Notes: a model not told the origin generated them from the letters alone. Positions 36,687 through 46,690 are shown, counted from the first letter of the stretch. The stretch: DNA of 64,000 nucleotides from an uncultured Thermodesulfobacteriota bacterium (GCA_964387595.1 CAYLYF010000004.1:2139-66138), one strand, 5' to 3'. Numbers and translations are program-made.

Positions 36687-38591
36687 ATGTTCGGATGGGC
36701 AGGAAAAATAATGGTCGTTGATCTGACCGAAAGGGAGATCTCTTTCCTTAAAACAAAGGATTATTCAGATAAATATATCGGTGGACTGGGGGTGGGGCTG
36801 AAGCTGTACTGGGACATGGCCTCAGGAAAGGTCAATGCGTTTCACCCGGATAATCCGCTTATTTTAATGACAGGGCCTTTGGCCGGAACAAAAGCGCCTT
36901 CAGCGCCAAGGTTTCTTGTCTGCGGAAAATCACCCTGTATTTATCCAGAAACTTTTGTGAATGCCAATATGGGGGGGCACATTGCTGTTGATCTCAAAAA
37001 AGCCGGATATGACGGTATGGTTATTAAAGGCCGGGCGGACAGCCCTGTCTATTTAAGTATTGAAAATGAAAAGGTGGAAATAAAAGATGCCGGGCATTTG
37101 TGGGGCCTTGGCAATTTTAAAACACGTGAGATCCTCCAGAATGAGTACAGCGGTAAACATGGCATCCTCTCAATCGGTCCTGCGGGAGAGAACCTGACCT
37201 GTTTTGCCATCCTTTTTACGGATGAAGGCAGTACCGCATCCATGGGCTTTGGTGCGGTCATGGGCTCAAAAAATTTGAAAGCCATTACGGTTCGCGGTAC
37301 AGGGAAGATAATAGCGGCCGATGATGAAAAAATAAAAACCATCAGGAGTCGGTTTAAGGCCATGATGGGAGAGGGTTATTTTCATCTCTTTAATAACCCG
37401 ATTATCATTCCAGGATCTGAAGTGGTGAAGCGGGTCCACTGCAGCGGCTGTCCCCAGGGCTGCTGGCGGTCCCTGCATAGAAGTCCTGCCGGAACAGAGG
37501 ATATCCGGAAATGTCAGATCGGAAACTTTTACATGATGTGGGATAAAAAACTGCATGGCAGTTTTACCGAGGCAAGTTTTGAGGCGCCCATGCTGGCCAA
37601 TGATTTCGGGGTATGCGCGCTGGATATGGTCTTTCTTCTGATGTGGATGGATCAGTGCGCACAGCAGGGAATAATCACCCAAAAAGAAACCGGTCTTGAT
37701 TTTTCACAGATGGGAAGCCGGGAGTTTCTGGAAGGCGTGCTGCAGAAGATCTGTAACAAGGAGGGCTTCGGAGAGATCCTTTCTCAGGGCGTTCTTCGTG
37801 CATCAGAAGCTTTTGGGGAGAAGTCGAAAAAGATAACAGCCAACATGCTGACACACAGCGGGCGGGCAATCGCATACGGGCCCAAAGTATTCAGTATGTC
37901 AGCGGCTATTTATGCCACAGAACCCAGACCTTTTATTACCGAACTTCATGAGATCTGTGAACCTCTGACCAAATGGGCTCTGTGGTATTTATCAAAAGGG
38001 GAAAAGAGCTATTTATCCACAGATGTTTTGAAAAAGATCGCAAAAGCGTTCTGGGGCAGTGAACAAGCCGTTGATTTTTCAACTGTTGACGGCAAGGCGC
38101 TTGCGGCCGTTAAGGTCCAGAACAGGCAGTTTATAAAAGAGTCTTTAAACCTGTGTGATTTTGCCTGGCCGGTTTATGACCCTGCTGACAGAGATGACCA
38201 TGTGGGTGACCCGACCTTAGAGGCCCAGCTTTTTTCCGCGGTTACCGGAAAAGAGCTTGATCCCGAGGCATTTGACCTGATTGGAAACCGCCTTTTTACC
38301 CTGAACCGGATGATCCTTCTTCGGGAAGGAAGAAACGGGCGTGAAGATGATGTGCTGCCGGATTTTATGTTTTTAGAACGCGAAGAGATGATCGCAGATG
38401 TTTTTGGCATGTATAATCCGGAACTTTATCTTCCGGGGAAGGGGGAAACGGTGATTTCCCGAAAAGGAAAAGCAGTTGATAAAGATGAGTTTGAAAAGAT
38501 GATGGATGAATATTATGCGCTAAGGGGCTGGGAGGTTCAGACCGGTCTGCCTGAAAAAGAGACTCTGGATAGGCTGGGGTTGAAAGATTAA
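36687..38591 (+). CDS. aldehyde:ferredoxin oxidoreductase (tungsten-containing AOR family)
   Basis: AOR N-terminal domain (MFGWAGKIMVVDLTEREISF...GGLGVGLKLYWD...LILMTGPLAGT). The 634-aa length is typical. Confidence 0.8.
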   Translation: MFGWAGKIMVVDLTEREISFLKTKDYSDKYIGGLGVGLKLYWDMASGKVNAFHPDNPLILMTGPLAGTKAPSAPRFLVCGKSPCIYPETFVNANMGGHIAVDLKKAGYDGMVIKGRADSPVYLSIENEKVEIKDAGHLWGLGNFKTREILQNEYSGKHGILSIGPAGENLTCFAILFTDEGSTASMGFGAVMGSKNLKAITVRGTGKIIAADDEKIKTIRSRFKAMMGEGYFHLFNNPIIIPGSEVVKRVHCSGCPQGCWRSLHRSPAGTEDIRKCQIGNFYMMWDKKLHGSFTEASFEAPMLANDFGVCALDMVFLLMWMDQCAQQGIITQKETGLDFSQMGSREFLEGVLQKICNKEGFGEILSQGVLRASEAFGEKSKKITANMLTHSGRAIAYGPKVFSMSAAIYATEPRPFITELHEICEPLTKWALWYLSKGEKSYLSTDVLKKIAKAFWGSEQAVDFSTVDGKALAAVKVQNRQFIKESLNLCDFAWPVYDPADRDDHVGDPTLEAQLFSAVTGKELDPEAFDLIGNRLFTLNRMILLREGRNGREDDVLPDFMFLEREEMIADVFGMYNPELYLPGKGETVISRKGKAVDKDEFEKMMDEYYALRGWEVQTGLPEKETLDRLGLKD

Positions 38592-39367
38592 AAATGCCTA
38601 AAAGAATTGAAGCGTTTTAAGATCAAAACAAAGACATTAAAAATTTAGTCCCTGTTTGTTTTATCTTTTCCATAATAAAAAGCTGACATACCTTTTTCTC
38701 GCAGAGTCCACAGAGAGAATTTTATTTTTGCTTTCAAGCGCACGATTCTGAAGGCGGGATGTCCTTAATAAACATGAGTAAATCTCTGCTTTCGCGAAGA
38801 TGATCGTGTGGATATAGGTTAAGGAAACGTACAGTACGTGGGTATCTTCCCGATACTTAATGGACATTGGGTGGCCAGACATTCGGCTAATCCTCCAGAC
38901 GGCTTGCGTGCACGAGGGCTTTACTCTACATTTTTGAAGTGTGCTGAAGTACTAAGGTTACCCGAGAGACTGTCGAAAAAGTACATTTCATAAGACTAGA
39001 AACAAATATAGGGTATCAAATCACAAGGCCCTGTTCAAGAACATTGATCCAGGGGCATCCTCGAATGCCGTTTTTATGACCGCATTCACGCCCCGGGTTT
39101 TTTCGACAGTCTCCGAAATAATGTTTACTCATTAATTTTATAACTTCACTTATCTTAAAGCAAATTAAACAAAATATTTTCTACTTTTTTAATAATTTGA
39201 TTAAAACTAATAATAGATAAACCCTTAAAAAAAGTCACAAATATATTGTTTAAAACTCACCATTCCTCAAGCTTTTTCCAAGATTAATTTTTTTTAATTC
39301 TCCCCTTCTCTGCTCAGGTAAGAGTTTTGCTGCAGTTTAAATATTTTTTAATTTATAAATAATATCA

Positions 39368-41428
39368 ATGGAAAAGAAAGATATGGCCGATTCCTTAAAT
39401 TTCAGACTAGGAAAAATTGCAAAAAAAGTTTCTGGGAAGGGTTTTACTTTTATGGGGCCCTTTTTCCCTTCAGCGATATTTTTGATTATTAGTTTATTAC
39501 TCTTTTTTGTTTTTAGAATTCTTTTATATCTGAACAATCTAAGCACTGTTGCTGATGTTGAAAACAGTTTACTTGTTTTTCCAATAGGCATCCGTATAGA
39601 TGTTATCCTTTTAAGTTATCTTATTATACCGGTATTTTTGCTAATGGTTATCCTGCCTTCAAAAGCAGTCAGGATATTCAGCCCTGTTTTTTCTCTTTAT
39701 TTTGCTTTATTTTCGGCTGTTTTTGTATTTATGGAAATTGCCACATTTCCCTTTATGGCGGAATTCGATACTCGGCCGGACAGGCTTTTTGTTGAGCATA
39801 TTGCTCAGTTTAAGGAGGTTGCTGCCATGGTATTGAAGGGATATTTTACGGAATTGCTGATTGGGATTCCCTTAACGCTTCTTTGTACTGCTTTGGTTTA
39901 CTTCTTTTACCAAAATATTTTTAAGCAGTATGTTTCTTTTTCTTTTTTAAAGAGGGCAGCACTTTTTTTAGTTGTTTGTCCTTTGCTGGTTTTAGGCGCA
40001 AGATCAAGTATTGGTCATCGCCCGGCAAACATAAGTACTGCTGCTTTTTCACAAAGCCATCTGGTAAACCAGCTGGGGCTTAATTCAACCTATTCTATGG
40101 TATATGCGTATTACCGTGCAAAAAAACATGGAATAGATCCCCGAAAGATTTACGGTAGAATGGACAAAAATAAAATGTTCGAGGAGGTGCTTGTTTCGGC
40201 CGGTATATCAAAAAGTCCTGATGCTGATATTGAAAAAAGTTTATTTCATTATCAGAAATCAAATTTTCCCAGAAAACAGCCTTTAAACCTGGTTATTATC
40301 CTGGAAGAGAGTCTTGGTGCAGAATATGTGGGTTATTTAGGAGGACTTCCGCTTACGCCAAGTATTGATAAGCTGAGCAAGGAAGGAATCTCTTTTACTA
40401 AGCTTTACTCTACCGGTACAAGGACGGTTCGGGCGATAGAGGCGCTTATCTGCGGATTTTTGCCCACACCAGGAGCAAGTATTGTAAAACTGGAGCGCTC
40501 GCAACAGGGTTTTTTTACTATTGCAGGGCTTCTTGCACAACAGGGGTATGCTACCGAATTTATCTATGGCGGAGACAGTCAGTTTGACAATATGAAGTCC
40601 TTTTTCCTGTCGAATGGTTTTCAAAAAATTCATGATCAGAAAGTTTTTAATGACCCGGTTTTTGCCGGGACCTGGGGCGTGTCCGACGAAGATCTCTTTA
40701 AACAGGCAAATGAAGTTTTTAAAGCTCATAAGGATGAGCCCTTCTTTTCTCTTGTTCTGACAACCTCAAACCATGATCCATTTGAGTTTCCGGACGGCCG
40801 AATAGAGCTTTATGAGCAGCCTAAAATGTCAAGATATAATGCTATGAAGTATGCTGATTATGCGGTGGGTAGATTTTTTGAAATGGCTAAAAAAGAGAAA
40901 TATTATGAAAATACGGTTTTTTTAATTATTGCTGACCATAGCACACGTCTGCGTGGTCAGGACCTGATTCCGATTCATAAATTCAACATACCGGGTATTA
41001 TTATCGGTCCGGGTATTGGGCCCGGTAAGTATGAAAAGGTTTGCAGTCAGATCGATATGCCGTCAACCCTGCTCGATTTAATTAGAATAAGCGCCACGCA
41101 CCCTTTTATAGGAAAACCTCTTTTAAATATAGCAGAAGATGTCCCTGGCAGGGCTATAATGCAGTACGGGGAGGTCAATGCATTTATGCTCGGCAGCGAT
41201 GTGGTTATAAACCGCCCTGAAATGGAACCGTCGCAGTTTATCTATCAGAAAGGGAGACTGGTTCAGTCAGAACTTGATCCTGAACTTGCAAAAAAAGCAC
41301 TTGCACATGCTCTTTTGCCGGGATATTTGTATTATAATAGTTTATACTCTCAAGTTAAAGAAAACGGACAACGCAAAGGGGAAAAGGCTGTATCTGGTAA
41401 AAGAGAAGACAATGGAGGTGTATTATAA
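39368..41428 (+). CDS. LtaS/MdoB-family sulfatase-like phosphoglycerol transferase (membrane-anchored)
   Basis: It has about five N-terminal transmembrane helices, then a sulfatase-fold domain (LVIILEESLGAEY, TGTRTVRAIEALICG, LTTSNHDPF, IIADHSTR). Confidence 0.65.
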   Translation: MEKKDMADSLNFRLGKIAKKVSGKGFTFMGPFFPSAIFLIISLLLFFVFRILLYLNNLSTVADVENSLLVFPIGIRIDVILLSYLIIPVFLLMVILPSKAVRIFSPVFSLYFALFSAVFVFMEIATFPFMAEFDTRPDRLFVEHIAQFKEVAAMVLKGYFTELLIGIPLTLLCTALVYFFYQNIFKQYVSFSFLKRAALFLVVCPLLVLGARSSIGHRPANISTAAFSQSHLVNQLGLNSTYSMVYAYYRAKKHGIDPRKIYGRMDKNKMFEEVLVSAGISKSPDADIEKSLFHYQKSNFPRKQPLNLVIILEESLGAEYVGYLGGLPLTPSIDKLSKEGISFTKLYSTGTRTVRAIEALICGFLPTPGASIVKLERSQQGFFTIAGLLAQQGYATEFIYGGDSQFDNMKSFFLSNGFQKIHDQKVFNDPVFAGTWGVSDEDLFKQANEVFKAHKDEPFFSLVLTTSNHDPFEFPDGRIELYEQPKMSRYNAMKYADYAVGRFFEMAKKEKYYENTVFLIIADHSTRLRGQDLIPIHKFNIPGIIIGPGIGPGKYEKVCSQIDMPSTLLDLIRISATHPFIGKPLLNIAEDVPGRAIMQYGEVNAFMLGSDVVINRPEMEPSQFIYQKGRLVQSELDPELAKKALAHALLPGYLYYNSLYSQVKENGQRKGEKAVSGKREDNGGVL

Positions 41429-41464
41429 ACTCCCAAAACATAAATCAAAACAGGCTGACAGTCG

Positions 41465-42526
41465 TTGAATTTCACCTTATGGTGCAAACCGTTTATGCGA
41501 AACCTTGTTTCCATCCTATGCCTCTCCACGGGGGTGTTGCTTCTTGCTGCTAAGCTTGAGGCGGTGGTAGTAGACCCATCGAGTACATCGACAGGGCTTT
41601 TTCCACAGTTCATCGTTGCCATCGTCGTATTCACGCTATTACGAGTCGGATGGCGAGCTCGGAACACCTTTGGAGAAGGACCTAGCCTGCTGTGGTTTCC
41701 TCTCCTTCTCGTAACTACTGGGTTAATGATGACGAGCTTCATCCTGATGATTTCCTGGGTAGACTACAACTTGGCTCAGCGGACCTATATTGGAGTATAT
41801 AACGAACCCTATAAGGTGTGGGCGACAAGAGGACTCGTCACCGACGGATCAGATGGTTCCCCGGTTCGGGTTCGCAACTCGATCGAAAGCATCAGCTATG
41901 CGTTCGACCAAGGGGCCAAGGGCTCCGAGGTCGACATATTTTATGATCCGAGCTTAGGCGTGTTCGTCGTCTCACATAACAGGCACTACGAAAAGCCAAA
42001 CGGAGTCATCCTGACTCTCGACACGCTGTTTGATACCGTCGGGAACGATGGGTATTTCTGGCTAGATTGGAAGAAGCTGCGCCATTTGGACAAAGACCAG
42101 CTTCAAGCTGCACTCGCAAGGCTGGAACAGCTCATGGGTCGTGGTGATTTGAGGGATCGTGTCTACATTGAAGGAGAGGCCCCGCTAAGTCTACTGACCA
42201 TAAAGCAAGCGGGCTTTCAAACGATCTATGACTGCAAACCAACTTTTGACTCGAACATCATGGGCCCAGTGGTCATAGCTTTATTCAAGGCGGTCTACTA
42301 TTTCGGAGGTTTCACGGTGATGAGTCTGAGTAGTGGTACCCGGGCGGAGCCTATCTACGGACCCAACACCCGTTGTGGGCTGAGCAACATCCCGGTGTTT
42401 CTCTACCACCTGCCCGATGACGTAGCATTTATAGATGAACTTGTTTCCTCCAAGGATGTGCGTGTTATCATTATTCGTCAGGATATCAATCGCTTTGGTT
42501 TCGTAGCCGAAAGCTCCAAGCATTAG
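41465..42526 (+). CDS. membrane-anchored glycerophosphodiester-phosphodiesterase (GDPD)-like protein. It is compositionally atypical (GC-rich).
   Basis: N-terminal transmembrane helices, then a GDPD-like core (ATRGLVTDGS...VRNSIESISYAFDQGAKGSEVDIFYDPSLGVFVVSHN). Codon usage visibly differs from neighbouring genes. Confidence 0.5.
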   Translation: MNFTLWCKPFMRNLVSILCLSTGVLLLAAKLEAVVVDPSSTSTGLFPQFIVAIVVFTLLRVGWRARNTFGEGPSLLWFPLLLVTTGLMMTSFILMISWVDYNLAQRTYIGVYNEPYKVWATRGLVTDGSDGSPVRVRNSIESISYAFDQGAKGSEVDIFYDPSLGVFVVSHNRHYEKPNGVILTLDTLFDTVGNDGYFWLDWKKLRHLDKDQLQAALARLEQLMGRGDLRDRVYIEGEAPLSLLTIKQAGFQTIYDCKPTFDSNIMGPVVIALFKAVYYFGGFTVMSLSSGTRAEPIYGPNTRCGLSNIPVFLYHLPDDVAFIDELVSSKDVRVIIIRQDINRFGFVAESSKH

Positions 42527-42762
42527 CAAGGCTACTGGGGACGGCTAAATAATCCAGTTTTTTTATATATTATGTTAAAAGATTTTCTGCAGGAAATTTA
42601 TATTGTGGATGCTTGAATTCGTAACTGAGTGGTATAATAAATTTAAATAACTATCAGTATCTTTGATAAATTTCAGAATTCAGTTAACGTGCCAAAATTT
42701 AAAATCTTATTGGTATTGATGTTACTCGTGTTTATAATAAAGACATTTCATAAAACCAACAA

Positions 42763-43572
42763 ATGAAAAAATACATTATGGATAAAAAATTTTTCGAAAA
42801 TATATACAAGAAATACAACAAAAAAGCTTTTGTCGCGCCTGATCCGCTCCAGTTTCTTTATGATTATGACAGTACTTATGACCGGGAGATCGTTGGGCTG
42901 ATCGCCTCCTGTCTGGCTTATGGAAAAGTAACCCAAATCCTAAAGAGCGTTGGTACAATTCTTGAAAAGTTAACCCCTGAGCCTTCTGTTTTTCTAAAAA
43001 AAAGTTCACCTGCTAAAATAAAAAATTTGTTTCCCGATTTTAAACACAGGTTTACAACCGGCAGAGAAGTAAGCAGCCTGCTTGTAGCCGTAAGACATGT
43101 AATAAATACATACGGCTCACTTTACAGCTGTTTTTCCTTATGCGCCCGGCCCGAGGATTCTACCCAAATCCCCGCACTGACAAAATTTGTCGGCATCCTA
43201 AAAGAAAAAGCTCACGACATTGAAAGCCATCTTCTCCCCTCCCCTCAAAATGGCAGCGCCTGCAAGCGTCTTAATCTTTATTTGAGGTGGATGGTGAGAA
43301 AAGACAGGGTCGACCCCGGGGGCTGGGATGAACTTGAACAAAAAAAACTGACCATCCCGCTTGACACCCATATGTATAAAATCGGAACAGCCCTTGGTTT
43401 TACCTCCCGGAAACAGGCAGACCTTAAAACAGCCATAGAAATAACAGAGGGGTTCAAACTTTTATCCCCCGAAGATCCGGTCCGGTATGATTTCGCTCTG
43501 ACCCGTTTCGGAATCAGAGATGAGCTTGACATGAAAAAATTCATTACGCAAATCAAAAAAAAGAATCTCTAG
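42763..43572 (+). CDS. conserved hypothetical protein (resembles the TIGR02757 uncharacterised family)
   Basis: A 269-aa ORF containing the ...RLNLYLRWMVRKDRVDPGGW... block. It is AT-rich. No function is assigned. Confidence 0.35.
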   Translation: MKKYIMDKKFFENIYKKYNKKAFVAPDPLQFLYDYDSTYDREIVGLIASCLAYGKVTQILKSVGTILEKLTPEPSVFLKKSSPAKIKNLFPDFKHRFTTGREVSSLLVAVRHVINTYGSLYSCFSLCARPEDSTQIPALTKFVGILKEKAHDIESHLLPSPQNGSACKRLNLYLRWMVRKDRVDPGGWDELEQKKLTIPLDTHMYKIGTALGFTSRKQADLKTAIEITEGFKLLSPEDPVRYDFALTRFGIRDELDMKKFITQIKKKNL

Positions 43573-43843
43573 CATGAACACATCAGCGGACTGCAAAAAA
43601 CCTACTAAGCCCCCCTCTGGCAAAGGACCTGCTTTTTTTAGGCTTGGAGCAGGTCCTTTGCTTTACCTTCGAAATCTAAATTCCCCATTTAAAAGAAACT
43701 CTCCCCTGTTTTTTTACTTTCATAAATCTGAAGTTGACAATGAAAATTAAATAGCGGAACATGTCTGATATATAGACATAAATACAAAAAAAACAAAACC
43801 TGTCTTGAATTTATTCAAGGATACATCTAATCAGGATACGCAT

Positions 43844-44413
43844 ATGAAAAAACGCTGCGGCTGGGTAACAGATGACCCTGTTTACCTTGAATACCACGAC
43901 ACGGAATGGGGAGTTCCTGTCCATGACGACAGACTGCTGTTTGAGTTCCTTATCCTTGAGGGTGCCCAGGCAGGACTGAGCTGGATCACGGTCCTTAAAA
44001 AAAGAGAGAATTACAGAAAAGCTTTTGATAATTTTGACCCGGCTAAAATAGCAAAATACAATAAGAACAAAACCAACGCCCTCCTTTTAAACCCGGGAAT
44101 CATAAGAAATAGACTAAAGATAGAATCTGCCATAAAAAATGCAGGGGCAATTTTAGAAATTAAAAAAAGCTTTAAAAGCTTTGAAACGTTTATCTGGCAG
44201 TTTGTAAATCACAAACCCATATTAAATAAGTGGAAAAATGACACGGATGTGCCGACGACCTCTCCTGAAGCAGAAGAAATGAGCAGAACTCTAAAGAAAA
44301 TGGGGTTTAGCTTTGTTGGACCGACAATATGCTACTCTTTTATGCAGGCAGTCGGCATGGTCAACGACCATGTAACCTCCTGCTTCCGACACAAAAAAAT
44401 CAAAAAACAATAA
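43844..44413 (+). CDS. tag: DNA-3-methyladenine glycosylase I
   Basis: MKKRCGWVTDDPVYLEYHDTEWGVPVHDDRLLFEFLILEGAQAGLSWITVLKKRENYR is a canonical Tag sequence. The start was chosen at the internal ATG. Confidence 0.85.
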   Translation: MKKRCGWVTDDPVYLEYHDTEWGVPVHDDRLLFEFLILEGAQAGLSWITVLKKRENYRKAFDNFDPAKIAKYNKNKTNALLLNPGIIRNRLKIESAIKNAGAILEIKKSFKSFETFIWQFVNHKPILNKWKNDTDVPTTSPEAEEMSRTLKKMGFSFVGPTICYSFMQAVGMVNDHVTSCFRHKKIKKQ

Positions 44414-44466
44414 AGGAGTTCCCTGTTAAACGCAGGAAACTCCTTTTAAATAACGCTTATCATGTT

Positions 44467-44667
44467 TTACTGTCTTACAACCTTTTTTGCCTGTGGACCT
44501 TTCTGGCCCTGTTCTATCTCTATAGAAACCTTTTCCCCCTCATTCAGGGTACGATAACCTTCAGTCTCAATAACACTAAAATGCACGAAAACATCTCCCT
44601 GCTCTTCTGTTTCGATGAAGCCATAGCCTTTTTTTGCGTCAAACCATTTAACGGTACCTTCAGTCAT
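44467..44667 (-). CDS. csp: cold-shock protein (CspA family)
   Basis: [63 protein letters not shown]. Confidence 0.9.
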   Translation of the reverse strand: MTEGTVKWFDAKKGYGFIETEEQGDVFVHFSVIETEGYRTLNEGEKVSIEIEQGQKGPQAKKVVRQ

Positions 44668-45103
44668 CTCTCTCTTGCTCCTTTCTTAATTGTTAAAACT
44701 GCTCGTAAGGAGGCTACTTTGACTGCTGGTTTGAAACCGAATAGCAAAAGATGCAAAAACAATTTCAAACGTAGAACAAAATAACAACCAGACTTGCATA
44801 CTTAAAGTAGCAGGTAAAACAGTATACCTGTCTATATTTTTGGACTTTATATATTTTAGAAATAAAATGCAAGTTTTTTTTGTACTATTTTACTACTAAA
44901 ATAGAATTTTTTTGCATTATGAATACAGGTTAAACCTTCTTGACAAAAACCATCCATAATTATAATTACATCCTATAAAATTTCATAAATATATTATTTT
45001 AATCTCGTTATATAAGTTTTTTCTTCGATAATCTTAGCAAATATCTGATAAATATGATAACTAGTTAATATTCAAAAATACAAAAATAAAAGCAAGGACC
45101 AAT

Positions 45104-46423
45104 ATGCTTAATAACAGACTCACTGCCGGGAATTTCATCATATCTTCTCTTGGAACACCCAAAAAAAACTCTCCTTTAATAAAAGAAAAAGAACTGTTTG
45201 TAAACGAAACACAAAAAATAACGCAATCTGCAGATATGGAAGAAATAAATTCCTTAATCAGACAGGGCAAAGACCTTCCTTCTTTTGAACTTGCAGGCCC
45301 CAGGAAAAAGATATTTTTTGATTCAAAAAAGGTCAATTGCGCAATAGTGACCTGCGGAGGGCTTTGTCCCGGGATAAACGACGTTATCAGGGCCATTGTT
45401 TACGAATCATATTCAAGATATAAGGTTAATAAAGTCTATGGCTTCAGGTACGGCTACCAGGGAATGGTTAAAAAAAGCAATATCCCTCCCCTTCTTTTAG
45501 ACACGGACATGGTAAATGAGATTCATGAAAAAGGGGGCACCCTGCTGGGCTCATCCCGCGGACCTCAAAACAAAGATAAAATGGTTGATTATCTTCAGGA
45601 GCTTGACATCTCTATTCTTTTTGCAATTGGCGGAGACGGGACGTTGAGAGGGGCATCAGATATTGCATCAAAAATAAAAGAAAGAAAACTTGATATTTCA
45701 GTCATCGGCATCCCCAAAACCATTGATAATGACATTTCTTTTATTGAACAGACCTTTGGATTTGAAACAGCTGTTGAGGAAGCCCGTTCTGTGATTCAGT
45801 CGGCACATATCGAATCTAAAGGAGCTGAAAACGGCATTGGGCTGGTAAAACTGATGGGACGGGATTCCGGGTTTATTGCGGCCCAGGCAACACTTGCAAA
45901 TGCCGATGTAAACTTTTGTCTTATTCCCGAAGTACCGTTCACCCTCACCGGCAAAAACGGCATTTTCCCTCTTTTAAAAAACCGGCTTATAAAACGCAGA
46001 CATTCGGTTATTGTGGTGGCTGAAGGCGCCGGTCAGGACCTGATAGAAAAAGAGCATGAAAGCATCAAAGAAAGAAGGATAGATGCTTCAGGAAATATTC
46101 TGAACAAGGACATCGGAATTTTCTTAAAAGACAAGATCACCTTATATTTCAGAAAAAACAGATTTCCGATAACCGTAAAATACATTGATCCCAGCTACAT
46201 TATCCGCAGCAAACCGGCAAACGCAAATGATTCTGTTTTCTGTCTTCAAATCGGTCAAAATGCGGTTCATGCCGGAATGGCCGGAAAAACCGATATGCTC
46301 GTCAGTTACTGGAACCACAACTACACCCACGTTCCCATAAAACTTGCCACCTCAAAAAGAAAAAAGATTGATCCGGAAGAAAGACTCTGGAAAACCGTGC
46401 TTTCAATGACTGACCAGCATTGA
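45104..46423 (+). CDS. pfk: 6-phosphofructokinase (long, group-III type; ATP- or PPi-dependent)
   Basis: GGLCPGINDV, FAIGGDGTLRGA, IPKTIDND and KLMGRDSGF motifs. The start may instead be the internal Met at 45236. Confidence 0.8.
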   Translation: MLNNRLTAGNFIISSLGTPKKNSPLIKEKELFVNETQKITQSADMEEINSLIRQGKDLPSFELAGPRKKIFFDSKKVNCAIVTCGGLCPGINDVIRAIVYESYSRYKVNKVYGFRYGYQGMVKKSNIPPLLLDTDMVNEIHEKGGTLLGSSRGPQNKDKMVDYLQELDISILFAIGGDGTLRGASDIASKIKERKLDISVIGIPKTIDNDISFIEQTFGFETAVEEARSVIQSAHIESKGAENGIGLVKLMGRDSGFIAAQATLANADVNFCLIPEVPFTLTGKNGIFPLLKNRLIKRRHSVIVVAEGAGQDLIEKEHESIKERRIDASGNILNKDIGIFLKDKITLYFRKNRFPITVKYIDPSYIIRSKPANANDSVFCLQIGQNAVHAGMAGKTDMLVSYWNHNYTHVPIKLATSKRKKIDPEERLWKTVLSMTDQH

Positions 46424-46460
46424 TGTCCCTCTCGAAATTTCCAGTATCTCCGCAAACATA

Positions 46461-46503
46461 AAAAAAGCCCCTGCAACAATAAAAAAGTGCGGGGGCTTTT
46501 TAT
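46461..46503 (+). terminator. terminator-like hairpin (AAAAAGCCCC ... GGGGGCTTTTT)
   Basis: A GC stem with an unusually large (~19-nt) loop and a U-tract, lying 40 nt after the pfk stop. Confidence 0.4.
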
Positions 46504-46576
46504 AATATCTAATTAGAGCATTTTCATAACGTGTAACCATTGCGCAACAAAAGGCTGAAGCGGTACAATCAAAAAG

Positions 46577-46690
46577 TCAAATTTCAAAGTTCAAATGCCA
46601 AATGAATGACAAAAAAGAAAAAAGGATAAAAGGGTTTGGCCTTGGTGTTTTTCAGTTTTATTTGATATTTTTAATTTGAACTTTGAAATT
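46577..46690. repeat. Inverted repeat: a 19-bp arm TCAAATTTCAAAGTTCAAATG and its complement, separated by ~75 bp
   Basis: The arm at 46577-46597 pairs with the one at 46672-46690 (18 of 19). The element is AT-rich and lies between pfk and the ParB-like gene. Confidence 0.5.

Noticed and set aside
38661-38882. 73-aa minus-strand ORF in the same gap
   Set aside because: It has no RBS and no recognisable domain, and lies in structured GC-rich non-coding-looking DNA.
38600-39130. RNase P RNA, tmRNA, SRP RNA or 6S RNA in the post-AOR gap
   Set aside because: Hallmark motifs are absent (for example GGAAAGTCCGGGCTCC for RNase P, a tag ORF plus T-arm/CCA for tmRNA, the SRP domain-IV GGAAGCAGCC). 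It is kept only as an unexplained structured region.
43600-43665. Hairpin CAAAGGACCTGC…GCAGGTCCTTTG after the 42763-43572 gene, considered as a terminator
   Set aside because: The stem is good but it is not followed by a U-tract on either strand. It may be a protein-binding palindrome or a weak terminator, and is not called.
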